DNA from: Candidatus Latescibacterota bacterium
GTDB lineage: Bacteria; Latescibacterota; UBA2968
DNA: 64,000 nucleotides
Assembly (NCBI GenBank): GCA_965207885.1
Contig: OZ242311.1
Span: 3,392,001 to 3,456,000, forward strand
Reading direction: 5' to 3'
The notes beneath the pieces were generated by a model, which saw only the letters and a program-made list of their open reading frames with translations, had not been told where the DNA came from and did not search any database. The position numbers and the translations under genes are program-made. Positions 48,397 through 58,256 of this stretch are shown piece after piece. The stretch's first letter is position 1, and each line of letters begins with the position of its first letter.

Positions 48397-50991
48397 TCAT
48401 CTTTTCTCTATCCTATAAGAATAGCCCACCTCGCCATTTGTCCGTCCAGCAGCTTCATCTCCTGGCAGATAAGCTCTAATGTATTCCACCACAACATCAT
48501 CTGGAGAAACAGTTACACGCAAATGCCCAGAATTTCCCAAGACAGTACCACTCAAATACCCCCCTTCAACAGCTATCTTGTCACCATTCCGATAATTTGT
48601 ATTACTGGGTTGTGGCAACACCTGATACACCACCCCATCTAACTCCTGCTTCACAAACACATGGTCATGACCGTGAAAAAAAGCCGACACATTGTTCTCT
48701 ACCATCAGTTGATGAATCGGCTTGTACCATCCCGCGCGTTTTGTGTCAAACCCCCAACTGTCATCTCTATTCTTTCCGCCCCATTCGTAATACGGAGCCA
48801 TCTCAATACCGCCACGTCCTTCTCCTGTATGAATACCCCCCACCAGTTGATGTGAAAATATAAACTTAAAGGTAGCATCACTCGCCTCCAGCACCTGTCG
48901 CAGCCACTGATATTGCTTTGCGCCAAGGGTCCAGCGCCAGTTATCCGATACGCCGCCTCGTTTGGGCTTTGTCGCCGTGTACCAATAAGGATCAATCACA
49001 ACAAACAGCGCATCTCCCCACGACCACGAATAATAACTCTCTCTCACACCAACAAACGGCTCTTCATCGGAATCCCCGGAATAGAACACATCTGGCACGG
49101 GATTCGTATAATATTTTTTACGCGCCAATGTAGCCCAAACAGCCACATTGTTCGGCGTACCATTCAATGACCACCCCTCTTCCCCATCGTGGTTGCCATT
49201 GACGAGAAACAGCGGAATAGAATGCGTAATCTTCCCAAAATTTCCGCGCTCATACAAATACCGACGCTCAACGGTTGCGTAATCGGGTGCAGGTCTTACA
49301 GTCGCCGTAAGTGGTTCTGAGTGTTTGTTGCACATAAATGTATCACCGAGATCAATGAGAAAATCGGACTGATATGCTGCGACATTTTCCAGCGAGCGAT
49401 GGTAGAGTTCCAGGCTGGATCGACCATCTAAATGTGCGCAGGCCTGAATTGAAAAAGTGAATGTTGTACCCGGTGGACGATATGTGTGAAACGTATATTC
49501 GCCCCGCCTTTTGAACTCTGTCTCTCCTGCGCGCCGGTAGCGCGTTCGATAATAATACCGCGTGTCAGAAAGCAACCCCTCCATCGCAATTTCAATCGGT
49601 GTATCTCGTGATCCCATCACCACGGATGTCTGATTTGTGTAAACACCTGATTCTGTTCCGTATTCCAGATAAATTTCCAGATCTGCTGATGGAACCAAAT
49701 TGACAGTCACGGATCTGTCGGTTGGCCGTCCCAACAACTCGGACGCAATAAACAAAGAATCGGAATCCGTATCGGGTGGATCGGTTACAGTTTGGGGGCC
49801 TGAATCATTAGACCCACCGCTCTGGCCTGACGTTCCCGCATCACCTTCTACTGCAACACTCCCATTGGAGCGGTAAGTTTGTCGCGTGATATTGCCGCTG
49901 GCATCTGTAAATTGAAAATCATAATCCCCATCTGGTCTCAGAAAATAGGCAATCGCATATGTTCCACCGTTTGCCTCATATGTAAGCCGATACCAATCAT
50001 CTGTCCCCTTCACAAAATCTGTGATATTTGCCCGCATCCCCCTTCCAGAAGGGCGAACGGGCCTTGTACGGGGTTGATTTGCGACTTCTTCTCCCCTAAA
50101 AAGTTCAATAACGCCCTTAAATCCACCATTGACATAGGGATAATCCAGCGTGCTGTGATAGTGATAATTTCCATTTGCATCAAAATGTCCGTTCAAATCG
50201 TCCAGATCTTTCGCCGGGGTACCATCGGGTTCATTGATTCCATACATCGGGTATCCATCCAGGGCATAAGCAATAGGTACGGCATCGCCCACTTTTTCTG
50301 TAAGAAACAACGGCGCGATATGGTAGTGATAGTCGTCCGCACGACCAGCATGCCCCCCAAATTCATCTAATTCCCCAGCCAAATACGTGTCGGTGCGGCC
50401 ATTCTGTTTGATGGGATTAAAAATGGGCACGCCGTTAATCGCCAGACCAATAGCCCCTCGAAACAGCGTCTGGCTTGCATACACTGGCACATCTGCAACC
50501 GCGGGTTTCAATGGGATCTGCCAGGCATTATCGCCCTGATAAGGCTGCGGCAAAGGCACCTGCTGATTCCAGGCTGTAATCCCCACCATCATGCGGTGAT
50601 CGGGAAAAGCGTCGGACTCGATATATAAAAAATCATCATCCCACTGGATATTCAGCCGGTCTGCAAAATGCTGGAATGCTTGTGCGCTCACAGGGGCATC
50701 GCCCTGTGTACCACCAGAAGATCCAGACCCGGGCTGTCCAAATGCAGAGATAAACGCCAGAAAGTCGGGAAAATCCACCAAACCATTCTGATTTAAATCG
50801 AATTGTATCTGTTGCGAACCAAATGCAGCCGCAAACATGACAAAATCAACGAAGTCCGTTTCTCCATCGTCATTGAAATCTGTCACATCACTTTCATCAC
50901 TGTAGAGCATGTGCCCTTCCGCATAACTGGCACACAACACGCTTATCACGCAAAAAAACAATCCGAACATCCTCAATTGTCGCCTCATCAT
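48397..50991 (-). CDS. secreted fusion: EF-hand/dockerin-like + YHYH domain + FN3-like/metallophosphoesterase
   Basis: Signal peptide, DFNDDGETDFVDF and DLNQNGLVDFPDF, YHYH twice, then DLGD, GNHD, FSHQ, HGHDH. Confidence 0.85.
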   Translation of the reverse strand: MMRRQLRMFGLFFCVISVLCASYAEGHMLYSDESDVTDFNDDGETDFVDFVMFAAAFGSQQIQFDLNQNGLVDFPDFLAFISAFGQPGSGSSGGTQGDAPVSAQAFQHFADRLNIQWDDDFLYIESDAFPDHRMMVGITAWNQQVPLPQPYQGDNAWQIPLKPAVADVPVYASQTLFRGAIGLAINGVPIFNPIKQNGRTDTYLAGELDEFGGHAGRADDYHYHIAPLFLTEKVGDAVPIAYALDGYPMYGINEPDGTPAKDLDDLNGHFDANGNYHYHSTLDYPYVNGGFKGVIELFRGEEVANQPRTRPVRPSGRGMRANITDFVKGTDDWYRLTYEANGGTYAIAYFLRPDGDYDFQFTDASGNITRQTYRSNGSVAVEGDAGTSGQSGGSNDSGPQTVTDPPDTDSDSLFIASELLGRPTDRSVTVNLVPSADLEIYLEYGTESGVYTNQTSVVMGSRDTPIEIAMEGLLSDTRYYYRTRYRRAGETEFKRRGEYTFHTYRPPGTTFTFSIQACAHLDGRSSLELYHRSLENVAAYQSDFLIDLGDTFMCNKHSEPLTATVRPAPDYATVERRYLYERGNFGKITHSIPLFLVNGNHDGEEGWSLNGTPNNVAVWATLARKKYYTNPVPDVFYSGDSDEEPFVGVRESYYSWSWGDALFVVIDPYWYTATKPKRGGVSDNWRWTLGAKQYQWLRQVLEASDATFKFIFSHQLVGGIHTGEGRGGIEMAPYYEWGGKNRDDSWGFDTKRAGWYKPIHQLMVENNVSAFFHGHDHVFVKQELDGVVYQVLPQPSNTNYRNGDKIAVEGGYLSGTVLGNSGHLRVTVSPDDVVVEYIRAYLPGDEAAGRTNGEVGYSYRIEKR

Positions 50992-51034
50992 TTGCCACCT
51001 CCTGTAGCCTCCAATTTATCCCCGGCTTATAGGC

Positions 51035-51063
51035 TTAGACGCCAGACAGCGAGAAAACCTGCG
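51035..51063 (-). promoter_or_regulatory. putative ECF promoter of the YHYH fusion gene
   Basis: Minus strand CGCAGG-N16-CGTCTAA. A matching motif lies at 51999..52027. Confidence 0.7.
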
Positions 51064-51065
51064 GG

Positions 51066-51101
51066 CAAAAAACAAAAAACTCGACAAGTGCCGAGTTTTT
51101 G
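51066..51101 (-). terminator. rho-independent terminator after the Spy-like gene
   Basis: Minus strand AAAAACTCG-gcacttgt-CGAGTTTTTTGTTTTTT. Confidence 0.8.
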
Positions 51102-51117
51102 CAAAGAGGACTGTATT

Positions 51118-51651
51118 TTATGAACCGTTATTGGGAGGACGAGATCGCCCACGACGTGGGGGACGACTATTGCCCTGCTTCATAAATACTTCATCTAACA
51201 AGGCTTTCAAACTCTCTTCCTGATCTTCGCCAATCAAGGCTTTCAATTTTTGAAAATGTAGGAAGGTCTGTTTCTCAAATTCAAATTGTTTATTGGCAAT
51301 CCGTCTGGCCGCCTGATTTATCTTGAGCGTATCTGCCTTGCTTGTAAACATCTCTACTTGCAACTGATTTCGCTTCAAATCCCGAATTTCATCCCGCAAC
51401 GCCTTGCTCTGCTGAAGATATACACTGTGCAACTTCCTAAATTCTCGAGCTTGTTCCTTACTTAAATCTAGTTCGCGTTCAATAAATCGCAGCATTCTCT
51501 CCCTGTTATCCAACGCATTAGCAGGGCCTCTCACTGGTCGCGGTGGTTTGTTGATTTCTTTGTACCACAATAGAGACAGTGTAGAGATATTAAAAATAAG
51601 AAGCAATGCGATAGCCCACGCACCAAATCCCTTTTGCCAGAAGTTGCTCAT
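51118..51651 (-). CDS. Spy/CpxP/ZraP/CnrX-like periplasmic helical protein with N-terminal membrane anchor
   Basis: TM helix, ELDLSKEQ (LTxxQ-like) motif, C-terminal HF..LK.LI..DQ pattern. Confidence 0.75.
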   Translation of the reverse strand: MSNFWQKGFGAWAIALLLIFNISTLSLLWYKEINKPPRPVRGPANALDNRERMLRFIERELDLSKEQAREFRKLHSVYLQQSKALRDEIRDLKRNQLQVEMFTSKADTLKINQAARRIANKQFEFEKQTFLHFQKLKALIGEDQEESLKALLDEVFMKQGNSRPPRRGRSRPPNNGS

Positions 51652-51663
51652 ATAAGCACCCTT

Positions 51664-51975
51664 TTATTCGTCTCCCTCAAGCACATAAAGTTCAGCAAAT
51701 GCACTAATCATCTCACTTCGGTCATAGGCTTCTGTTTGATCGCTTCCAATAAGGTAGGTCACTGTCACAATATTCCAAATAAGCAGTAGCGAGAGAGAAA
51801 CGAATCTCAACACACCAAATGCGAATCGATACTTGTGAGTCACTCTTCGATGCAACCCATCAATCCTTGCCCGAAGTCTTATATAAAAAAAGGGCGAGGG
51901 TTGTAGTCTGTCGGCAGACTCAAAGCTCTGAAGCGTTTGCTCAACAGCTTCTTCTATTTTTCGTTCCCGGCTCAT
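51664..51975 (-). CDS. putative single-TM anti-sigma factor
   Basis: Short protein with PSPFFYIRLRARI and one TM helix, directly downstream of the ECF sigma. Confidence 0.65.
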   Translation of the reverse strand: MSRERKIEEAVEQTLQSFESADRLQPSPFFYIRLRARIDGLHRRVTHKYRFAFGVLRFVSLSLLLIWNIVTVTYLIGSDQTEAYDRSEMISAFAELYVLEGDE

Positions 51976-51998
51976 AGACTTTCTTTCCTCATCTATAG

Positions 51999-52027
51999 TT
52001 AGACGTGATTTTTTATAGATCCCTTCG
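51999..52027 (-). promoter_or_regulatory. putative ECF promoter of the anti-sigma/Spy genes
   Basis: Minus strand CGAAGG-N16-CGTCTAA overlapping the end of the sigma gene. Confidence 0.7.
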
Positions 52028-52612
52028 CATTTTTTTATTTTTAAAATCTTCCTCATAATATCTGTAGAGTTTCTTTCGCAAATTCTTCAGGCCTCGTTGA
52101 ATGAGGGAATCAACAGCCGAAACAGTTGTCTCCATCACATCGGCTACTTCTGCATAGCTGAATCCCTCAAACTTATTTAAAATTATAGCAGTCCGTTGTT
52201 TTTTTGACAAAGATGCCACAGTTTGTCTCAAAATCGCGGCACATTCCTTTGTCTCCAGCACAACCTCGGGTTGAGAGTCTGAAGAAGCGCGCAACTGATT
52301 CTCCACTTCATCAAGCCCCAGAAAATATCTGACCTGTCCAAAGCGCTTTTTGCGGTTTTTCTTTCGCACAAAATCCAGAGACTTATTAACGGCAATACGG
52401 TGAATCCAGGTACTCAACTTCGCATCGTTCCGAAAATTTCCAATTGAGCGATAAATTTCCACAAATACATCTTGTGCCACATCTTCTGCATCCTCCCGAT
52501 GGTTGACAAACCGATAGCACAAATTCAATACGCTCTCCTGGTATTGATCCACAAGTATCTTAAAATCAAAGTCTTCGCCTTGATTTTCTTTATAGAGCTT
52601 TCTTTCTGCCAT
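52013..52612 (-). CDS. ECF RNA polymerase sigma factor
   Basis: DAEDVAQDVF, STWIHRIAVNKSLD, EGFSYAEVADVM motifs. Confidence 0.95.
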   Translation of the reverse strand: MAERKLYKENQGEDFDFKILVDQYQESVLNLCYRFVNHREDAEDVAQDVFVEIYRSIGNFRNDAKLSTWIHRIAVNKSLDFVRKKNRKKRFGQVRYFLGLDEVENQLRASSDSQPEVVLETKECAAILRQTVASLSKKQRTAIILNKFEGFSYAEVADVMETTVSAVDSLIQRGLKNLRKKLYRYYEEDFKNKKMRRDL

Positions 52613-53234
52613 CACAATTGCCAATCAATAAAATTTCGCCCGTGTTTTTGGCAATAATCACAAATGATAGGCAAAAAGACATCGGCATATTTCTCAAGTT
52701 TCACAGGACCGACACCGGAAACCCGTCCGAATGCTTCCACCGATTGTGGTAATTGGGCAGCCATTTCTCGCAACGTCCTGTCGTGAAAAACAACGAACGC
52801 TGGTACGTGTTCAGCCTCCGCTAACTCTCTGCGTTTAGTGCGAAGTTGCTCGAAAAGTTCCTGGCTATATTCATTTGATTCTTCGGATATTGTATCATGA
52901 ACAGGTTCTTCAGTTATGCGGTCTGCCGAATCCACAGGAAATCCCCAAAACTGCATTTTGCCTCTGTTCACCTCACGCCCATCAGGCCTCAGCTTGAGAC
53001 TGCCGTGTTGTAGGTCTCGATTAAGAAGTCCCTGTTGGAGGAATTGCAGTACCAGATGTTTCCATTGTGTTTTGTTATATTCCCTCCCAGTGCCATAGGT
53101 GGAGAGTTGGTGATGTCGGTTCTTAACAACCTTCTTTGCTTTTGAACCGAGTAATACATTGATAATATGCTCTACACCGAAAATTTGCTTTGTTTCGATA
53201 ACAGAAGAGAGGAATTTGCGAGCCGGATCTGTTA
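52612..53234 (-). pseudogene. recQ: 3' fragment of RecQ helicase (RQC + HRDC domains), 5'-truncated by IS
   Basis: The frame is open up to the IS edge: LTDPARKFLSSV...FGVEHIINVLLGSK...HHQLSTYGTG, then HRDC LFEQLRTKRRELA..VPAFVVFHDRTLREMA. Confidence 0.88.
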
Positions 53235-54171
53235 GGTAGTGTCTGAAAAGTAAGCTTTGAAGAGTTGTCTGATACAGGCCAGCTTGACCATAGTGAGAAA
53301 ATGAGTCGCCTTTTTTTCAAATCGGGTCACAATCCGTCGGCAGTGTTTAAGCCAACCAAAGAGACGCTCCACGATATTGCGTTTGGCATATAATCTTTTA
53401 TCACACTTAGGCCGTGGTCCTCTCTTACGCCGTTTTCTGCCTTTGGGAATCGCCTTGTTTGGGATAGCAGCCTTGATACCCCGTTTGCGTAGATAGACTC
53501 TGATGCGTGAGACATCATAAGATTTATCAGCTACCAGATACTTGGGTCGGTTTCTTGGACGCCCTCGTTTGGTGGGTATGCATACCTTTGACAGTAGCCT
53601 TTCAGCCTGTGTGGATTCTGACTGGTTACCAGGGAGAAGATCCACTGCTAAAGGATGCCCGACTGCATCGCAAAGAAGATGGATTTTCGTGGTCAAACCG
53701 CCACGAGAGCGTCCTAAAGCGTGATCTGGGGGCTCTTCTTCACCCTTTTTGCCCTTTTTTTTTCGCTCCTGCCGCGGCTTGTGTGGCTCGAATATGGGTT
53801 GCATCCATCATCCAGGTCGCATAATCTAAAAGACCATCTTCACCCAATTTGAGATGTAGCTTTTCTACAATGCGATCAAAGGTGCCATCCTGTTTCCATT
53901 TGCAGAATCGGTCAAAGGCTGTCTGCCAAGGACCATATCGTTCTGGCAGGTCGCGCCAAGCTGCACCTGAACACAATATCCAGAAGATCCCGTTGAATAA
54001 TGTACGATCATCCCGACGGGGACGACCCATCTTCTTCGGCGGTGGGAACAGGTCTTGGATCAGATGCCAAGCCTCGTCGCGCAGTTCATATCTCCGTTGC
54101 ATATCATACTCCTTGGTTTAGGGCGTATGCTGCAACTAAAATACATACTTTACGACTTTTCAGACACTACC
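53235..54171 (-). mobile_element. IS5-family (IS427-like) element, copy 1, 937 bp
   Basis: Terminal inverted repeats GGTAGTGTCTGAAAAGT, flanked by TA. orfA 53740..54102 and orfB 53232..53804. Confidence 0.95.
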
Positions 54172-55088
54172 TAGTTTTATTCCGCTGTCCGTCACTGGTG
54201 TACACAAAGACCCCAGCATGTACATCAACCACATAGAAGTGGTTGTTCATATACGTGATACCATACGAATTACTGTTGAATCTATCCGGATGGAAGCCTG
54301 AAGGTGCAATCCGCTGTCCGTTACTGGTGTACACAAAGAACTGGTCACGATTAGAATCAGCCACATAGAAGTGGTTGTTCACATACGTGATAGCCGTCGG
54401 CCAACTGTTGGAACCATGCAGATCGAATTCTTTAGTTTCGTCTCGCTGTCCAGCACTGGTGTACACATAGACCTTACCCTCGCTACCACCAAGCACATAG
54501 AAGTGGTTGTTCGCATACGTGATACCACTCGGATAACTATAACTGTTATCGATATCCAAATCGAAGGTCGAGGTTGCTGTGTTTGTTGGCGGCGTTCCAC
54601 CGTTAGAGGGCGGCACTTGACTGCCACCTATGGCAAGCGCATTTTCTATTGCCATACGCGAGGTTGGGACAGTGCCAGTTTTTCCAAAGTTATCAACGAG
54701 TAGCAGGAAATCTGCAACATTGACGTGCCCATCGTAATTGATGTCGCCGTCAATCGGCCACACAATCTGAAACGGATTAAGCGTATTCGTAGTTGAAGAC
54801 CGATTAAACACGATCTCATTACCAGAAGTGATTTCGTCGAAATTGTTGATATTCTCAACCAATTTAACTTTTTCAATCTCAATTTTAAACTCGCTATTCG
54901 CGACATTAACAAGCGTTGTAAACTCCGCCTTTGCCAGAAAGACATCCCCATTTGCTAAAGGGGTTAAAGGGTTTCCAAAAGTCAACGCTACGCCATTGGA
55001 GAGATTCACAGGAACAAATGTGTTTGGATTTTCTGCTCCCACATAAGTCAAAATGGGGCTGGATTTAAAAATGATTTCTACTGCACTA
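54172..55088 (-). pseudogene. internal fragment of a surface-protein gene (cohesin-like, dockerin/EF-hand, three ~40-aa beta-propeller repeats), cut by IS at both ends
   Basis: The frame is open from the copy-2 edge and stops inside copy 1. DGDINYDGHVNVADFLLLVDNFG, and three ITYxNNHFYV...VYTSxGQR repeats. Confidence 0.8.
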
Positions 55089-56025
55089 GGTAGTGTCTGA
55101 AAAGTCGTAAAGTATGTATTTTAGTTGCAGCATACGCCCTAAACCAAGGAGTATGATATGCAACGGAGATATGAACTGCGCGACGAGGCTTGGCATCTGA
55201 TCCAAGACCTGTTCCCACCGCCGAAGAAGATGGGTCGTCCCCGTCGGGATGATCGTACATTATTCAACGGGATCTTCTGGATATTGTGTTCAGGTGCAGC
55301 TTGGCGCGACCTGCCAGAACGATATGGTCCTTGGCAGACAGCCTTTGACCGATTCTGCAAATGGAAACAGGATGGCACCTTTGATCGCATTGTAGAAAAG
55401 CTACATCTCAAATTGGGTGAAGATGGTCTTTTAGATTATGCGACCTGGATGATGGATGCAACCCATATTCGAGCCACACAAGCCGCGGCAGGAGCGAAAA
55501 AAAAAGGGCAAAAAGGGTGAAGAAGAGCCCCCAGATCACGCTTTAGGACGCTCTCGTGGCGGTTTGACCACGAAAATCCATCTTCTTTGCGATGCAGTCG
55601 GGCATCCTTTAGCAGTGGATCTTCTCCCTGGTAACCAGTCAGAATCCACACAGGCTGAAAGGCTACTGTCAAAGGTATGCATACCCACCAAACGAGGGCG
55701 TCCAAGAAACCGACCCAAGTATCTGGTAGCTGATAAATCTTATGATGTCTCACGCATCAGAGTCTATCTACGCAAACGGGGTATCAAGGCTGCTATCCCA
55801 AACAAGGCGATTCCCAAAGGCAGAAAACGGCGTAAGAGAGGACCACGGCCTAAGTGTGATAAAAGATTATATGCCAAACGCAATATCGTGGAGCGTCTCT
55901 TTGGTTGGCTTAAACACTGCCGACGGATTGTGACCCGATTTGAAAAAAAGGCGACTCATTTTCTCACTATGGTCAAGCTGGCCTGTATCAGACAACTCTT
56001 CAAAGCTTACTTTTCAGACACTACC
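55089..56025 (+). mobile_element. IS5-family (IS427-like) element, copy 2, 937 bp, inverted relative to copy 1
   Basis: Same inverted repeats and identical ORF translations. orfA 55158..55520 (GAAWRDLPERYGPW). orfB 55456..56028 (GRSRGGLTTKIH, ADKSYD, RNIVERLF). Confidence 0.95.
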
Positions 56026-56027
56026 TA

Positions 56028-56565
56028 ATACACATGGACTCACCCTACCCCGTTCAATCAATGATGTTCTACAGGGCAGACAACCGGGAGCGAACAAAGA
56101 CATGCGGTCGCGGCATCAGGCATTTGGATTTCGCTTACATTACGATGCCACGCTTGTTTGGGGCGTGATCTTACAAAAGAGTTCGAATTACCGACTCTCA
56201 CCCCACCGTGGGTGAGAGAATATTTTCAGCCAGCTCTGGATCTCATTCGATATGCAGCGGGATTAGAAAAGAAAAATACAACAGACTTTTCTCTCCCCGA
56301 AGAGCCTCGACTGAAACTCCGCAAGTTGGCGCGGCTCGGCGTATTAGGTGGGGCTTGCCTCTTGATGGCACAAGGACGCTTTCGTTCGCTTAAAGGAGTT
56401 GACACAATACCAGTGCTAAAGGCGTCATATCCACAGTGGACCGACTTTCTCAATGAGACCGGAGAGTTGTATATCCACCTGGCGACATCTTCAAGTGAGA
56501 GGGTATCAAAATACCTTTCACAGCTTGTGAAGTGGATGGATTGGATAGAGGAAGAATTGAAGTAG
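56028..56565 (+). pseudogene. 5'-truncated hypothetical gene with an additional frameshift at a G4 run (~56160)
   Basis: The frame starts at the IS edge. ...DATLVWG joins RDLTKEF... if one G is added. Confidence 0.55.
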
Positions 56566-56624
56566 ATCGCGGAAGCGGTTGGCTATTCGTGGGATTATTA
56601 AGCGTTACAAATATGGAGGAAAAG

Positions 56625-57251
56625 ATGGGTATTCTCAGATCTGCTTTCGGTCCCTCCAAGGACGAAATCTGGACGCAGATTGCTACGGATATAGGTGGTG
56701 AGTTTATTGAAGGTGGATTCTGGGGCACGGATGTGCTCACTTACAAACACGGTGAGTGGCAAATTCTGCTCGATACTTACACGGTTACAACCCCTGCTGG
56801 ACAAGTAACAACGACAACGACACACACTCGGATGCGCGCGCCATTTATAAACAAAGACGGTCTCTATTTCGAGATCTCTCGCGAAGGATTCTTCAGTTCA
56901 ATTGGCAAATTATTCGGCATGAAAGACATAGAAATAGGCGATCCATCTTTTGACAAGCAGTTTGAAATCAAAGGCAATAATCCAGAAAAAATTAAATTGT
57001 TACTCGCCGACGCAAGAATACGAAAGCTATGTGAAACACAGCCGAATATCCATTTCAAGATCAAAGACGATGAAGGCTGGTTTGGCGCTGATTTTCCCGA
57101 AGGCGTTGACGAATTGTATTTTGAATGCAGCGGCGTTATCAAAAAGACAGAGTTATTGAAGTCTTTGTTCGCTCTGTTCGCTCTGACTTTAGAGCGCCTG
57201 GTTCAAATAGATTCCGCGTATGAGAACGATCCCCAGGTCACGTTGAAATAG
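56625..57251 (+). CDS. conserved hypothetical protein (DUF3137-like)
   Basis: GGAGG RBS. FGPSKDEIW, DIEIGDPSFDKQFEIKGN. Confidence 0.7.
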   Translation: MGILRSAFGPSKDEIWTQIATDIGGEFIEGGFWGTDVLTYKHGEWQILLDTYTVTTPAGQVTTTTTHTRMRAPFINKDGLYFEISREGFFSSIGKLFGMKDIEIGDPSFDKQFEIKGNNPEKIKLLLADARIRKLCETQPNIHFKIKDDEGWFGADFPEGVDELYFECSGVIKKTELLKSLFALFALTLERLVQIDSAYENDPQVTLK

Positions 57252-57287
57252 CGATAGCTCAACAAGCACGCGCTTGAGCCGATGGTT

Positions 57288-58214
57288 CTAAATCCCATCA
57301 GCTTTCTTCACCGCATCCAGCAGGGTATATCCACCCTCATCTACCGCAATCGAGCGCACCCCTCGATACTGGTCGTAAACCGCATTCATCTCATCCACTG
57401 AATCGAAATATCCCACCACGTATGCGGCTCCGACCGTGTCCCCTGCCGCCACCTTTCGACCGTGCAGTTCCTGGATGAAGCAGACATAACCCCGTTGATG
57501 ACACCATGCCTCGTACACATCCGCCGGATCCAGCGTCATCCCAGCCAGCCACACGGATGTGCCATCCTCTTGTCGTTGTTCGTATGCCCGGATAATCCGA
57601 TCGGGAATATCGCCCTCTTTTCGCTGGTAGAGAAATCCCTCATCAGGAGGGAAATCTGCCAGGAACTCTGAAGATTCAATATACCCGTGATAGCTCAAGT
57701 AAATTCGTGTAAAGGAGTCTCCGCCCTTGTGGTGCAAGTGGCCGGGCATGTCGATCCGGTAGAACAGACAGTCCGCGCTGTTGACACAATAAATCCGTTC
57801 ACTTGAAAGCACGTATCGCGTATCCGGCAGAAAGAGCAATGTCTGCTCCCACCGCGATCCGGCCTGGAAACCTTCAACCACGCTCGTGAACGTAAACCAC
57901 TGCCGCACAGCCAGAAACGCCTCACTCTGGATGACCTCATAATCCAACCGCTGTGCTCGCGTACAGATCTGGGGACCTTCCACGACGTGCTTGGGCAGAT
58001 TCCCGTCGTAGATCCGATTTGGCTCCGCATCTCCCCACTCCGGCACGAGCAGGAAGTCCATAATGTGCAGGCCCGAACCCAGATCGGTTACGCCAGTCCG
58101 TTTATCTACAAACGACCTGCTCTTGATCCCGCTTACATATCCCTCGGTCCGCACCGTCGCACAAAGATGCGGTGTTTCGATCTCGAGTTCCGCTCTGCGT
58201 TCGCACCGTATCAT
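57288..58214 (-). CDS. hypothetical protein (beta-sandwich-like), downstream of the candidate selenoprotein
   Basis: Long ORF with GGAG RBS. No family recognised. Confidence 0.7.
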   Translation of the reverse strand: MIRCERRAELEIETPHLCATVRTEGYVSGIKSRSFVDKRTGVTDLGSGLHIMDFLLVPEWGDAEPNRIYDGNLPKHVVEGPQICTRAQRLDYEVIQSEAFLAVRQWFTFTSVVEGFQAGSRWEQTLLFLPDTRYVLSSERIYCVNSADCLFYRIDMPGHLHHKGGDSFTRIYLSYHGYIESSEFLADFPPDEGFLYQRKEGDIPDRIIRAYEQRQEDGTSVWLAGMTLDPADVYEAWCHQRGYVCFIQELHGRKVAAGDTVGAAYVVGYFDSVDEMNAVYDQYRGVRSIAVDEGGYTLLDAVKKADGI

Positions 58215-58256
58215 TGTCTCTCCAAAAATGCGACAAAACACATCCCGACTATCAAA

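Noticed and set aside
54180-54530. Three ACATAGAAGTGGTTGTTC repeats at roughly 120-130 bp spacing as a CRISPR array
   Set aside because: They encode in-frame protein repeats (NNHFYV), the intervening sequences resemble each other, and no cas genes are present.
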